DNA from: Octopus vulgaris
Lineage: Eukaryota
Assembly (NCBI GenBank): GCA_951406725.2
Contig: OX597824.1
Coordinates: 11,284,001-11,348,000 of the forward strand
Reading direction: 5' to 3'
Length of the DNA stretch: 64,000 bases
Notes under the pieces: generated by a model
The model's database searches: none
What the model was told of the DNA's origin: nothing
The model's input: only the letters and a program-made list of their open reading frames with translations
Made by a program: the position numbers and the translations under genes
Shown: piece by piece, positions 1-13,976 of the stretch
Layout of the letters: every line of letters starts with the position of its first letter
Numbering within the stretch: position 1 is the first letter of the stretch

Positions 1-137
1 CTCTTTCTGCCTCCAGATGTTACATCCTTGGCATCCCACGGGGTCAAGAATGGGTGGGCCAAGGGTATGTCTGTGTCTGCTTGTGACTACATAAGAACCT
101 AAAACAATGAGTAAAGGTATGGTAGAAGCTGCCAAGT

Positions 138-722
138 CATCATCATCATCATCATTGTTCCACCGTGGTTGAGACAATGGAATTTACTATGTTACGCCAG
201 ACTTCATGGTCCATCATAGCATTACGGAGGTCTTGTTGCTGGATGCCTGTATCCCTGGAGATTACATCAGGGTAGGAGAGTGTGCGCCCTCTGGTATTGC
301 GAGTAGATAGCTTCCAGAGGAGAAGAGTAGAAATTGCCTCGTTTTCAGCTCTACAACAATGTCCAGCAAACTGGACTCTTCTACCTTTCACAAGAGATGA
401 TACAGGTGGTAGTTTCCCCATATATTTGTACTTTGGTTGGATGATGCTTCCACGAGAGATTTTGAGCTCTCATAAGGAGGCGAGTGTAAGTTCCATCCAA
501 CTGCCTCTCAAGCTTCTTTGATAACGTCCAGGTTTCTGAGCCATATTGTATAATTGGTTCGACTGTGGCTTTGAAGATTTTAAGTTTGAAATCTCTACTT
601 AGATTTGATGACCAGGTCTTATGCATATCATTACAGGCTGACCAGGCCATACCCTTTCTAGTTAGAGAATCTTTTTCAGATGATGATATGTATGACCCAA
701 GATATTTGTAATCAGTCATACT
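138..722 (-). mobile_element. RTE-clade LINE 3' fragment (RT C-terminus, frameshifted)
   Basis: YKYLGS, YGSETW and FAGHC motifs; ends VNSIVSTTVEQ* followed by a (GAT)n tail. Confidence 0.85.
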
Positions 723-1157
723 CATCTGCAAATGGAAGCTAAGCTTTTCCTTCATTTTATTTCATCATCATTATCATTTAGCATCCATGTTCTCCACTGG
801 AATGGGCTAGACTGTCATTTATAATTTATTCTTAATTTATTTTACTAATTTCTGTTCACTGAATGGCTAAGTTACCTTTCAATTAAAGGGGATACAAAGG
901 TGGTGAGCTGGCCAAATCGTGAGCATGCCAGGCAAAATGCTGAACAGCATGCTACCCATCTTAATGTTCTGAGTTCAAATTCCACCAAGGTCAAATTTTA
1001 TCCTTTCGGGGTTTTTAAGATAAGTACCAGTTGAACACTGGAGTCAATGTAATTGACTTACCCCTCCCCCTGAAATTGCTGGCCTTGAGCCAAAATTTGA
1101 AACCAATGAAAGGAGACAAAACTCAACACATCCCTTTTACACCTGTCTATATGCATA

Positions 1158-1721
1158 TCTATTACATAAAATCTGTTCTGTCTATCAGTGTGTGTGTCTT
1201 CTAGGATCTCAGGCATCCTCCATCCAATTGCGCAGAAATTTGATATGTAGATACCGATGGTATCAGGGCTTGTAAAAGTCTTGAAAAACTTACAAAAATT
1301 GATTCCAGGTGAGAATGCGATCAATAAAGCCGTTTTTGTCCTGCTTTTCTTCCATCAACCTGTACATAACTGCACCTTCCATTTTTTTGTTGTTTTTGTC
1401 CTGCTTAAAGGCACGTTTCTTTCCTGCCAAGCTTACTGTTTAAACCATGTTTGTGTTCTCCCAGTCAAAAGCCTTATCATTACTGGTACTTTAAACTCTT
1501 CGGTTGCATACTTGTGTGAATAAAATCGTTTTTCTTTGGAATAGAAAAAAAGTCTATCTTTATTTCTTCTTTTGCTGGTGTCTCAAATTTAGGCTATATC
1601 AATGTTTCTCAAAGGGGAGGCCTATGGAACGGTCGGACAAGTTGTTTTGAGAAAATTTGGTTTAAATGTTTGACAACTCAGCACCGTCCATTGGACGCGG
1701 GGGGAGGGGGGCTTTTGCTTG
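1158..1721 (+). mobile_element. Non-autonomous Helitron-like element, family H2
   Basis: A|TCTATTACATAAAA start, subterminal hairpin CGTCCATTGGACG, CTTG|T end. The 5' ~175 bp and the hairpin are shared with 59769-60305. Confidence 0.6.
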
Positions 1722-1949
1722 TATATTTATATGATGAGTTTCTAAAATGGCACTACCTTCTAAATTCCACTCACAAAGTAATAATCAACTTGAGACTATG
1801 GCAGAAGACACTGACTCAAAGTGCTGTGCATTAGAATTGAACTCTGGACCATAACCAAACTTTATAACCTCATAGTATGTTCCTGCAGCCATCAATAAAT
1901 AAAATAAATGACAAAAATTTTTAAAAAGAAAAGAGAAATGGTTACTTAC

Positions 1950-2004
1950 ACAGATTCCTGCAAGACATGTCATCCCACCACCAAGTTCACAGATCCTTTT
2001 ACCA
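1950..2004 (-). CDS. CAMKMT: CAMKMT coding exon, 55 nt, SAM-binding motif I
   Basis: ttttcttcag acceptor, gtaagt donor. Translates GKRICELGGGMTCLAGIC; CELGGGMTCLAG is the CAMKMT motif I. Confidence 0.96.
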
Positions 2005-2545
2005 CTGAAGAAAATAAAATATGAATATATATTTTTAGGACGACAAATTAATATTTATCTTAGAAGCATGATTAGATTAATTATATTTTAAAAAGATTGA
2101 CAACTCAGGTAATTACAACTTGAAATTCATAAAAAACAACAACAAAGAAAACTATTTTTCCATGGGCCCTAGGAGTCATAACTGAAGTGACTGGTTAGGA
2201 TATTTGGCTCATGATCATGAGGTTGTGAGTTCAATTCCTGGTGGTGCATTGTATCCTTAAGCAAGACACTTTATATTGCATTGCCTCAGTCCACTCAGCC
2301 GGCAAAAATGAGTGGTACAAGCACTTACCAAAGGTGTTTCAACTGTGATTAACACACCTTTATTTTTAGAGACAGTGTATCTAGAGCTACATTATCCAAT
2401 GTGTTATTCCTCTTTCTTTTTTAAGCAAAGGGTGAATACAAGAAATATTAACTGCTGTTTCTAACAAGAAGCATGCATATGAATAGGTTCCTTGTTTGGT
2501 CTGAGAACATGAGCTATTATCATCTAACTCCAAGTTAGCTCTTAT

Positions 2546-2960
2546 AATCATCATCATCATCATCATCAACGTTTAACGTCCGCTTTCCATGCTAGCATGG
2601 GTTGGATGATTTTGACCGAGGGCTGGCAAACCAGATGGCTGCACCAGACTCCAATCTGATCTGGCAGAGTTTCTACAGCTGGATGCCCTTCCTAATGCCA
2701 ACTACTTCAAGAATATAGTGGGTGCTTGTTACATGTCATTGGCACGGGGGCCAGTCAGGCAGTACTGGCAATGACCTCGCTCGAATCTTTTTACACGTGC
2801 CACCGGCACAGGTGCCAGTGAAGCAACATTGGTAACGATCACTTTCGAATGGTGCCATTTTACGTGCTGCGGGTATGGAAGCCAGTTGGCTGCTCGGATG
2901 GTGCTCTTGGCACCCTACTAGCACAGGCATAAGTGCCAGTAAGGTGACGCTGATAATGAT
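2546..2960 (-). mobile_element. RTE 3'-UTR-derived repeat with internal ~60-bp modules
   Basis: Shares the gctagcatggaaagcggacgttaaac(gat)n terminus with 11000-11745 and many other copies. Confidence 0.75.
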
Positions 2961-3201
2961 AAATGCATTCTGAGTGTAACCAACTTCTCTTTTATTTAAT
3001 ACTTCTACAAAATTATTTAATGTGTCCTACCTGTTTTAATAAAGTAGGCTGTGATATGAAAAGTACATAGCTTCTGTTTCTAGTAGATCAAGTGACTATG
3101 TGAAGACTCTCTTGTTAGTTTGCAAGGATATAGGTGAAATGGCTTATTGTCATATTTCTTGTGTAATTGTAATTTATTAGAATCTTGTCTGGCATTCTTA
3201 C

Positions 3202-3262
3202 CTGAACATACTGCGGTGCTTTAAACAGTAATAAGCAAGAACTTCCTCTGATGGCCAAATAC
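3202..3262 (-). CDS. CAMKMT: CAMKMT coding exon, 61 nt
   Basis: ttttcctag acceptor, gtaaga donor. Translates (C)[19 protein letters not shown](S), near-identical to [22 protein letters not shown]. Confidence 0.96.
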
Positions 3263-3407
3263 CTAGGAAAAGGAAAATAGCAAAAATTTTCTTTAAAACA
3301 AAATTCTAGGTTTGAATTAGGTTTCAGAAGATTTTAACATGTTTTGTAGTAAATCTCAAGCTGGAATTTAAACAAATCTAAAAGTGCAAATTTAATTAAA
3401 ACTAAAA

Positions 3408-3597
3408 ATACATACATACATGCATGTATGCCTACATACATACATACATATGTATGTACGTACATACATACATACATACATGCATGCATGCATGCATGCA
3501 TGCATACATACATACATACATACATATATACATACAAACATACATACATACATACATACATACATACATACATACATACATACATGCATGCAGGCAT

Positions 3598-3628
<31 letters not shown>

Positions 3629-4486
3629 TACATGCATACATACATACATGCATACATACATACATACATACATACATACATACATACATACATACATACA
3701 TACATACATGCATGCATACATACATACATGCATGCATACATACATACATACATACATACATACATACATACATACATGCATGCATACATACATACATACA
3801 TACATGCATGCAGGCATACATACATACATACACACACACACACATACATGCATACATACATACATGCATACATACATACATACATACATACATACATACA
3901 TACATACATGCATGCATACATACATACATACATGCATACATACATACATACATACATACATACATACATACATACATACATACATACATACATACATACA
4001 TACATACATACATACATACATACATACATACATACATACATACATACATACATACATACATACATACATGCATACATACATACATACATACATACATACA
4101 TACATACATACATACATACATACATACATACATGCATGCATACATACATACATACATGCATACATACATACATACATACATACATACATACATACATACA
4201 TACATACATACATACATACATACATACATACATACATACATACATACATACATACATACATACATACATACATACATACATACATACATACATACATACA
4301 TACATACATACATACATACATACATACATACATACATACATACATACATACATGCATGCATACATACATACATACATGCATACATACATACATGCATACA
4401 TACATACATACATACATACATACATACATACATACATACATACATACATACATACATACATACATACATACATACATACATACATA
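3408..4486. repeat. (CATA)n microsatellite, ~1.08 kb, with CATG and CA variants
   Basis: Read directly from the sequence; it is the source of the MYVC/HTYI pseudo-ORFs. Confidence 0.98.
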
Positions 4487-4621
4487 AGGAGTTTGCTTCC
4501 CAACCATCTGATTCTGGGTTCAGGCCCACTGCATGGCAATTTGGACAGATGTCTTCTAATATAGCCTAAGGCTGAGCAAAGACTTGTGAGTGGATCTGGT
4601 AGATGGAAACTGAAAGAAGCC

Positions 4622-4687
<66 letters not shown>

Positions 4688-4692
4688 GTATG

Positions 4693-4765
<73 letters not shown>

Positions 4766-4803
4766 ATATATATGTATGTATGTGTGTGTATATATATATA
4801 TAT

Positions 4804-4837
<34 letters not shown>

Positions 4838-5088
4838 TGTGTGTGTGTGTATATGTGCATGTCTGTGTATCTGTGTGTCTGTGTTTTTTCCCCACCAATG
4901 CTTGACAATCAATGTTGGTGTTTACATCCCTGTAACTTAGCAGTTCAGCAAAAGAGACCAATAGAATAAGTACCAGGCTTAAAAAAATAAATAAGTACTG
5001 GGGTCAGTTCATTCAACTAAAAGTTCTTCAAAGCATGTACCCCAGCATGGCCACAGCCTAATGACTGAAACAGGTAAAAGATTAAAGA
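4487..5088 (+). mobile_element. SINE family A copy with expanded internal (TA)n/(TG)n
   Basis: Matches the family consensus seen ~20 times in this window. Confidence 0.8.
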
Positions 5089-5343
5089 TATAACCTATGC
5101 CAGCTTGGAAGGAAGATGTTAAATGATGATGAAAATTTATAAGAATGAAAAGAATCTTCATCTCAAAATATTAAACTGTACCTAAAATTGGGGCTAGTAA
5201 ACTCTTATATTATGCCTCAACTGACTGAGGGTAAGGTATTGAGGGAGGTGAGACAAGTTCTCTTGCTGAAGAGGTGATACATGGCTGCCCTAGTTGGACA
5301 ATATTCCTCTTAAACAACATGCCTTAAAGCTTATCCTTACAAA

Positions 5344-5383
<40 letters not shown>

Positions 5384-5439
5384 ACTCTCTTTCTCTCTCT
5401 CTCTCTCATCCCTCTCTCTCTCTCTCATCCCTGATCTTT

Positions 5440-7200
5440 GGCAATCTAGTACAGTGTATCCCATCCCTAAGAAAGGTAACCTCTATGATTCTGCTAATTA
5501 TCAATCTATTACTCACACTTCCAAAATATCAAAGAAGGTGATTTAAAACCATATTCTTCGACGTTGGGAATTCTTTTTCTTCCTTGATGATAGCCAATAT
5601 GTCTTGTGTGAAACCAAATATGCAGGAAATCTGGTCTCCTGTGTTACTCACCTTTGAGCAAATTGGTGAATCTAATGGTGTTGCATTTAACACTAACAAA
5701 GAAATTTGCTGCATCTGACAGGTAAATATGCTTGTTAAGCTTCCTACCTATTTGCATTATCTAATTGCTCAAAGTAGATGGAATACAAGGAAGAGGGAGA
5801 CCCAGGAAGACATAGGACAAAGTACTGAAGGGCGATCTCAAGATGCTGAACTTTTCAGATGAGGTGACAAAGGACCGAGATACCTGGTACCTTGCTGCAC
5901 TCAACAAGACCTGTACTCCACAGCAGAAGTGCTAAGGCCACTTTCCCCAGTGGAGAGGATTGGCCTGTGAGAGTCCTGTGTTGGTGCCACATAAAAAGCA
6001 TTCATGCTGGTGTCATGTAAAAGCGTTTGTGCGGCGTCATGTTAAAAGCACCCAGCACAATCTGTAACGTGGTTGGCATTAGGAAGGGTATCCAGCTATA
6101 GAAGCTGTGCCAAAACAGACAGGAGGCTGGTGCAGCTCTCCAGCTCTGGTCAAACCATCCAACTCATGCCAGCATGGACAACGGGCATCTATATATATAA
6201 AGCTGAAGTTGTCTGTGTGTGGCAGGTTTGGTAGCCTTCAACTAACCCTAACTCCTCCGAGACCCTGTGGTGCAAGTTGACCAAAATTGAGAGTATGATA
6301 GAAGAAGGCTTGCTCTTCATTCCATAGAATTCAAATCGGACCATGTTACCAACAAAAATTATTTACATCAAAAAGGTGCTTTTTTTCTATGAAAATCGCT
6401 ATTTTTTATGGTTTTTTGACTGCTGTGTCACCATTTTTCGGTGTATTTCAAGCAGAAAAATGTTCACTTAAAGAGAATAACAAGCTACATAATGCAAAAT
6501 TTTTACTTTTCAAAATTCCAATTCTAAAGGGTTGAAATAAACCCAAGCAACGCCGGGCGATTCTGCTAGTTAAATGATGATGACGTTAATGACATTCTAC
6601 AAAGCGCAGTTGAGATACACAACAGAATATTGCTCTTGAACGCTGCTGCTGCTGCTGTTAGACATACAAACATTCTGAATTGCATCCAAAAGAAAGTCAA
6701 GTGACTGACTGGTATGAAGTCACCTGTAGCGTATCTGATATCTTCACTGTTTGAGAGACACATTAGGAATGATCTCGTTTGAGATTACAACCATCTTTGG
6801 CTAGTTTGACCCTGTTGTGTCCACTGCTCTGATTGGTTGGCATTCGGCGCAGTTTGTCTTTTGACATATTTCTTGTTAGCCTTTGCTCACTTTGGATTTT
6901 CTACCATTTCTACAAAAGATTTTGGCTGTGTACCACCTCCACAAAAGCCCACCCAACATACTCATCTTCCTTTCTTTCATCATCTACATGAACTCCACCC
7001 CACCTCCCACCTCTAGACCCTATACTAAATGCTTTGCTCTATCCTCTTTTCTAGAGCATCAGTTTTTTTGGTAATTTCCTCCTCGTTAACGTTTTGCCTC
7101 AAGTCGTAGACTTAAAATTGTTCAAAACGAACATAAGCATAATCAGTTTTACCAGTCTTGGAAGGCTTGTAAAGGTTAGGAACACAGCTCCTCCCATTTG
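5440..7200 (+). pseudogene. Highly decayed CR1/Jockey-group LINE RT remnant, interrupted by an RTE 3' end and a Helitron
   Basis: VYPIPKKGNLYDSANYQSITHTS resembles the PIPKKGD...NYRPISLTS RT motif; ILNCIQKK-like text lies downstream; many stops. Confidence 0.5.
6188..6569 (+). mobile_element. Non-autonomous Helitron, family H1
   Basis: 5' TC, 3' CTAG preceded by the ccc.agcaacgccggg hairpin. Inserted between A and T of an RTE tail with no TSD. Second copy at 50308-50703. Confidence 0.85.
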
Positions 7201-7223
7201 ACTAAGCCACTAAATTTCTTTTA

Positions 7224-7262
7224 TAATGATGATGATGATGATGATGACGACAACAATAGTGG

Positions 7263-7314
<52 letters not shown>

Positions 7315-7480
7315 AATGATGATGATGATGATGGTGGTGGTAGTGATGATGATGATGATGATGATGATGATGGTGATGGTGATGATGGTGATGGTGGTGG
7401 TGGTGATGATGATGATGATGATGATGATGACGACGACGACAATAGTGGTGATGATGATGATGATGATGATAACTTATGAT
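7224..7480. repeat. (GAT)n/(GGT)n microsatellite
   Basis: Read directly from the sequence. Confidence 0.95.
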
Positions 7481-7842
7481 GCAACACAGATCTAAAAAAA
7501 AAAAACCCTCTTTAACTCATCATTACAGAAGAACATGCAGAAACAGAAATTAGTTGTACCCTAATGAGTCTTGGGTAAACAACCCTAACCCTCTAAATTA
7601 TCTTAATGGGAACTATTAAACGATTTACCCCAAATTACCAAAACGCATCATAGAAATTGGTCTGTTGAATGTTGCACTAGAATTACCAAAAAAAAAACCT
7701 CAAGAAAAAACCACCTCTGTATCTTTTGGGAACACAACAATGATGACCCGGAATGACAGCTTTACCACATAAAATCTATAAATGTATGGTAACATAAAAT
7801 AGACAAGCTATGATATTACTGAACAAATCACAGCTGTTGTTT

Positions 7843-8359
7843 TCTTCTTCTTCTTCTCCTTCTTCTTCTTCTTCTTACCCTTCTCCTTCTTCTTCCAATC
7901 AGAACTTACACCATTAGCCACAAGGAATAATCTCTAATTCGAGCCTATTCTAAGCTACTAAGAATGCGCGTGGCAGAAGATCCACCCACCACATGCGATA
8001 GACTGGCAGTTGCACAGGTGCGAAAGCTATGTTGTTATCCTTATTCCGTAAACGGTAGCTTTTAACAGGTGGAGAGCTGAACCATCATGGGGTACAGAGG
8101 ATTTGCAATCTAGACTAGGATCTGAAAGTTTCCCACACCATAGTGGGTTACACCATGGTTCCTCTGCTTTGTGGCAGAAGTAAGAAGAAAGTGTGAGAGA
8201 AAGTTGTGGTGAAAGAGTACAGTGGGTTCACCACCACCCCCTTACAGAGCTTAGGTGCTTTTGCTCAATAAATACTCACAATGCTCGGTCTGGGAATCAA
8301 AACTGCATTCTTATGACCACGAGTTTGCTGCCCTAACCACTGGGCCATTGCGCCTCCAC
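7843..8359 (-). mobile_element. tRNA-headed SINE family C, tail type 3, ending in (GAA)n
   Basis: Head gtggaggcgcaatggcccagtggttaggg and core are shared with 40741-41127; the 3' part is different. Confidence 0.6.
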
Positions 8360-8450
8360 TACAGCTGTTGTATCACAGAGAACAAGACAGACACTGATGA
8401 CACCACTTCCCACCTTGTATTTGGTCTGATGCTGGCACAATAATGATGCT

Positions 8451-8728
8451 GGCAGGGGGTGGTGGCGACATCTGCTGTACTCTTTCGCCCCAACTTTCTC
8501 TCACTCTTTCTTCCTGTTTCTTGTCCCCGACTTCCTACGCAACCGCTGAGCCTGGATACGCATTCATCCATCCGTCGATGCTCTCGGTGTCGGGGGTTGA
8601 CCTGCTTTCTCTTCTGCGGCTCTTACGAATAGCAGAGGACCACCATTCGGACTTCTCCCACTGCGAGCTCTGGGATGAAGACCGCTTTGCTCAACAGCAA
8701 CAGCAACAATAACAGCAAAAACAACAAT
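8451..8728 (+). mobile_element. SINE family C, 5'-truncated, tail type 4, ending in CAA/CAG repeats
   Basis: Core ctgctgtactctttc..caactttctctcactctttcttcctgtttct followed by a unique tail. Confidence 0.6.
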
Positions 8729-9127
8729 ACTACACTACATCATACACAACACTGCTCCTCACGTCTACAGTACAGAACAGCTCAGCAATAGACTACAAAA
8801 TAGTATTATATTAAGTAACATCCTAATACAGTACTTAACAATATGTCTACACATATTTTTAGAAAAGAATATATGATTAAAAAAAAGGTGGTGAGCAGGC
8901 ATAATAGTTAGCACACCAGGCGAAATGCTTAGCGGTAATTCGTCTGTCTTTATGTTCTGAGTTCAAATTCCACCAAGGTCAACTTTGCTTTCATCCTTTC
9001 AGGGTCTGTAAATTAAGTACCAGTTGTGTACTGGGATAGATCTAATCGACTGGCCCCCTCCCACCAAATTTCAGGCCTTGTGCCTATAGTAGAAAAGAAT
9101 ATGACTACACAGCAAAATGCAGCACCC

Positions 9128-9544
9128 TTATTTCTTTATTGCCCACAAGGGGCTAAACAGAGAGGGGACAAACAAGGACAGACAAAGGGATTAAGTTGAT
9201 TACATCGAGCCCAGTGCGTAACTGATACTTAATTTATCGACCTCCCCAAGGATGAAAGGTAAAGTCGACCTCGGCAGAATTTGAACTCAGAACATAACAA
9301 CAGATGAAATACCTATTTCTTTACTACCCACAAGGGGCTAAACAGAGAGAGGACAAACAAGGACAGACAAACGGATTAAGTCAATTACATCGACCCCAGT
9401 GCGTAACTGGTACTTAATTTATCGACCCTGACAGGATGAAAGGCAAAGTCTACCTCGGCGGAATTTGAACTCAGAACGTAACGGCAGTTGAAATACCGCT
9501 AAGCATTTCGGCGGTGTGCCAACGTTTCTGCCAGCTCGCCACCT
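9128..9544 (-). mobile_element. SINE family B partial dimer (MetaSINE-like core)
   Basis: Head ggcgagctggcagaaacg, B-box-like gagttcaaattcc, core gcctttcatcctttcggggtcgataaattaagtaccag; tandem second unit. Confidence 0.8.
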
Positions 9545-9862
9545 TAATACGATATCAGCACCCAAATATGATATCACACAACATACTACTACATCTACAC
9601 TAAACTACATCTCAACAACACACTATGCAACACTTCTACACTATATTACACAGCACAGCTTTACTAAATTTGTATGATATTCCTACCCTGCATTGCACAA
9701 GACTCGTCAGCATTTTATATATCTCCATTCAACTGAATTATATAATTGCAAATACAAACACCAATATCAACACGAACAACATCGATGACATCACAACCAC
9801 CACCGACAACAACAACAACAACAACAATAATACCACCAATAACAGAGACAAATCATACTTAC

Positions 9863-9924
9863 ATACATTTCCTGTATTGTTAAACCCAAAAATACTATCA
9901 AAGGACACTTCTTTTGGTAAGAGT
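9863..9924 (-). CDS. CAMKMT: CAMKMT coding exon, 62 nt
   Basis: tttatttgtag acceptor, gtaagt donor. Translates (R)LLPKEVSFDSIFGFNNTGNV(C), the conserved F(D/N)NTGNVC motif. Phases 2 and 1 fit both neighbours. Confidence 0.93.
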
Positions 9925-10004
9925 CTACAAATAAAGAAACATCAAAAACATGTCTGACCAATGTTAAAGCATTTGTTCATTCAGTCATTATTATGCACAG
10001 AAGA

Positions 10005-10051
10005 CTATATATATATTTATATTGTATATGCATATATATATATATATATAA

Positions 10052-10095
<44 letters not shown>

Positions 10096-10187
10096 GTATA
10101 TATATATTTGTATTGCATATGCATATATATTTGTATCACGTATGCATATGTATAGATACATACATATAAGTATGTATATATATATAT

Positions 10188-10249
<62 letters not shown>

Positions 10250-10452
10250 ATATATATGTATGTATGTATGTATGTATATATATATTTGTATTGCATATGC
10301 ATATGTATGCATATGCATATGTATACATATGTATATATACATATATATATATTTCTATCATATATGCATATATATATAGTTGTATATGTGTGTGTGTGTA
10401 TCATCATCCTCATCACAATCATCCTTTTCCATGGCTGGCATGGGTTGTGTGA

Positions 10453-10483
<31 letters not shown>

Positions 10484-10499
10484 ATGTGTGTATGTATAT

Positions 10500-10546
<47 letters not shown>

Positions 10547-10715
10547 TACGTGTATGTGTATGTATATGTATATGTATGTATGTGTTTATATATCTGTACA
10601 CACACACGCATACTTATATATTTTTATGTACATGCATGTGTGTATATATATACATATACATACATATATATGTGTGTATGTATGTATGTATGTATGTATG
10701 TATGTATGTATGTAT
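10005..10715. repeat. Compound (TA)n/(TATG)n/(TG)n microsatellite
   Basis: Read directly from the sequence. Confidence 0.95.
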
Positions 10716-10999
10716 ACGCCTTTTTTTCTGTTATCTTTTACTTGTTTTGGTCATCGGACGTCAGCCATGCAAGGGGACCACCTGGAAGGGTTTTAGTGGA
10801 ACAAATCAACCCCAGTACTTAAACTTGGCACTTATTCTGTTGGTCTCTTTCACCAAACCACTAAATTATGGGGATGTAAACAAACCAGCATTGGTTAGCA
10901 AGCAATGACACACACACGCGCGCATGCATACACACACAAAGTAGATTTATTATCTATCTTTCAAATTTAATTTTTCCATGTGTGAAGAAGTGCCACTCT

Positions 11000-11745
11000 C
11001 AAACGGTTGAAAGTATCAGGGGAGAGGTAGACCCAGGAAGACATGGGATGAGATAGTCAAGCATGACCTCAGAGCGTTGGGCCTCACTGAGGCAATGCCG
11101 AAGGACCGAGATCTCTGGAGATATGCTGTGACTGCAAAGACCTGGGCTGCTTCCTGCATCAGTTCCGCATAGCCCCTGCCCATTCAAAGTACCTTGGATT
11201 CCAGAACATCCCGCTGTGCTTGAGGAGACCTGTTGAGTCAAGTACATGAACATCGAAATAAATATCAATGGAAATAGTAGTTGTGATACCTGTGCCGGTG
11301 GCACATAAAAAGCACCATCCAAATGTGGCCGTTGCCAGCGCCACCTTGACTGGCTTCTGTGCCAGTGGCACATAAAAAACACCATCCGAACGTGGCTGAT
11401 GCCAGCGCTGCCTCGATTGGCTCCAGTGCCGGTGGTACATAAAAAGCACCATCCGAACGTGGCCGATGCCAGCGCTGCCTTGGCTAGCTTCTGTGCCGGT
11501 GGCACGTTAGAAGCACCAACCGATCGTGGCCAATGCCGGACTCCCCTGGCACCTGTGCAGGTGGCACGTAAAAAGCACCCACTACACTCGCGGAGTGGTT
11601 GGCGTTGGGAAGGGCATCCAGCTGTAGAAACTCTGCCAGATCAGACTGGAGCCTGGTGCAGCCCCTGGCTTCCCAGACCCCGGTCAAACCGTCCAACCCG
11701 TGCTAGCGTGGAAAACGGACGTTAAACGATGATGATGATGATGAT
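11000..11745 (+). mobile_element. RTE-clade LINE 3' end: ORF C-terminus plus 3' UTR with tandem ~60-bp modules and (GAT)n tail
   Basis: RGRPRKTWDEIVKHDLRALGLTEAMPKDRDLWRYAV at ~11020-11130, then repeated gtggcac.taaaaagcacc modules. Confidence 0.85.
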
Positions 11746-12505
11746 TTTCTCAATAATTATCATTATAATTAACAATAATTATAATTTTACTAAAACAAGT
11801 AGAAAGATATATTTTTCATTGCATATATAGGATAAAATCCTTTTTAGAGCAGGAAAATTTGTCACCAAGCAGCCATGAGGATCGAACTCACACCCCTCTG
11901 GTTATACTGTTTGAAAGAATATTCGCTGAAGAATAACGACCGTGAAGTTACAGTCATGGCTTTACTGAGCCATGTGGACATAACAGCATTTGTGCTATGC
12001 TTCCAATCAAGGTAGATAACTCTGCTTGGTTTAGTATCCTAGACTGAACAATGACAAACACTTCACACCTATTTCACAGTTGAGTGATTTGTGGTAAGAA
12101 GGGCAGAAAGAGCATCTGAATAAACAAGTCATCCAAGTCACGCAAGAATGGATAAAAGGAAAGAACAAAACAAAAATAAACATGACAAAGCTGAATTTTG
12201 AAAATGGGTTCCCTAAATAGTTTTATCCTATTCTATATCTTTTTTCTTGTACTAGCTTCAGTCGTTGGACTGTGGCCATGCTGGAGCACTCGGAAGGTCA
12301 AGTCAGACAAATTGACTCCAGTACTTGTGTTTTTTAAGACTAGTGCTTATTCTATCAGTCTCTTTTGTTTACAGGGATGTAAATAAACCAACACCAGTTG
12401 TCAAATACTGAAGTGGGGACAAACACAAAAACACACACACACATGCTATATATATATATAGCAGCATTTCATCTGGTGTGCTAACAATTCTGCCAGCTCA
12501 CTGCC

Positions 12506-12555
<50 letters not shown>

Positions 12556-12559
<4 letters not shown>

Positions 12560-13113
12560 GCCCTGATGCAGTACCAGGCAGTGGCTCTCATGGCTTCTGA
12601 TCTTAACTAATTGGAAATGTTATCATGTACATTGTTTTGTCTTGGTATAAAAGATGGCCTACAGCAAATATTCTGCTCGATACCAAAGACTTGCTTGTCA
12701 GTTATTTGACCTTAACCAGTTGAGCATGTCCCTTAGTGGCTGACGATATGTGCATCTCTGATCACGAGCAGAAGTAGTGGGGGAGCATCATAGCCATGTG
12801 TTGAGAGGGATTCTTTGGCGTTTGAATAATTCACCTCTGGAAACATGGGTGTTTTGTTCAACATCCTTAAACAACCCTTATTCAAGGACCTTTTGAGTAG
12901 GATGGGTTACTTGACCAGAAGAAAATTCTAACTGGGCCCCACCTGCAAGGTCATGTACAGTTTATCTTGATATGAGATCACCATGTCGCGCACATATGGT
13001 TGTGATGCATATGCCTAGTGTACCTTTATCAGCTGGGTAGTCAAGATGGGTATACTGGGCTTCGTATATTTTACCCCAGTGTCACTTTGATGGCATGCAC
13101 TGCTCTCTCACTC
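12556..13113 (+). mobile_element. ~560-bp non-coding element inserted in (AAT)n (family D)
   Basis: Four full-length copies in the window have the same ends (aaatgccctgatgcagtac ... gcactgctctctcactc), always flanked by (AAT)n. Confidence 0.85.
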
Positions 13114-13129
13114 AATAATAATAATAATA

Positions 13130-13932
13130 GCTCAGTTACCAGGAAACCACAAAATGGCAGAAATTCAAAAGATAGTGCTCATGGGAACTGCGCATATCCT
13201 ACACAAAATACTTTCTATGTAATCTCAAGTTTTAAAACAAACATAATTTTCTTATGGTTTCTTAAACATTTTCTAGAACAATGCCAAGTACTAGACCAAA
13301 TATATGGCACTCTGGCCATAACACCAACATGAACTTCCAGCTTGCTGTCTCTCGAGGTCTCTGGGTGAGACTTGGAGCCAACTTGTACAAATGTAAAGCA
13401 AAAGTCAAACATAAAATAATAATAAAAGCCTGTAAGTCTGTCTATCAATTGACATGAGCATACCTTGGGATAATATCTCGGCAAAAGAATTTGGTAAGCT
13501 CAGAAAATATAAAGATTTGCTAATCAAAATCGAAAAGATGCGGCATCTCAAGACAGTTACAATATCAGTGATTGTAGGAGCACTTGGAATGATAAAAAAA
13601 GGAACTGAAAATTATTTAAGAATGATCCCCAGCTTATCCATGCAGGAAGGGCAAAAGATTGCCTTAAACTTTTAACATTTAAACCGGCCATATCCGGCCC
13701 AAATGGTCTACCAGTTTTATGTTCAAATTGATCAGATCCAGTCTCTCTCACCCATCCTACAATGTTATTCTAAAATTAAATGATTACGTCTTCAAAATCT
13801 TGAAGCTACAAGATAATACATGATTAATTTTTTAAAATATGGATACATAAACATTACGTTTAATAAATTAATCTGAATGCTAACGAGTTAACTGGTACAT
13901 CACATGTATTGAGAAGAACATTGTCAATGTGA
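13130..13932 (+). mobile_element. R4/Dong-like LINE 3' fragments
   Basis: EIQKIVLMGTAHIL and KYKDLLIKIEKMRHLKTVTISVIVGALG, the C-terminus of a restriction-like endonuclease; bounded by (AAT)n. Confidence 0.7.
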
Positions 13933-13976
13933 ATTTTCCTTCCTTCTTTCCTCCCTTTATTTCATTTGACTCTTTG

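Noticed and set aside
3334-4969. Long ORFs of 350-524 aa (MYVC / HTYI repeats)
   Set aside because: They are translations of (CATA)n and (TA)n microsatellites, open in all frames.
11290-11580. CRISPR-like repeat/spacer appearance (also 36833-37172)
   Set aside because: The spacers are homologous to each other, the array lies in an RTE 3' UTR, the context is eukaryotic and there are no cas genes.
11855-11980. tRNA-like A/B boxes on the minus strand (tggctcagt .. gagttcgatcctc)
   Set aside because: I cannot build an acceptor stem or cloverleaf; at most a decayed tRNA-derived relic.
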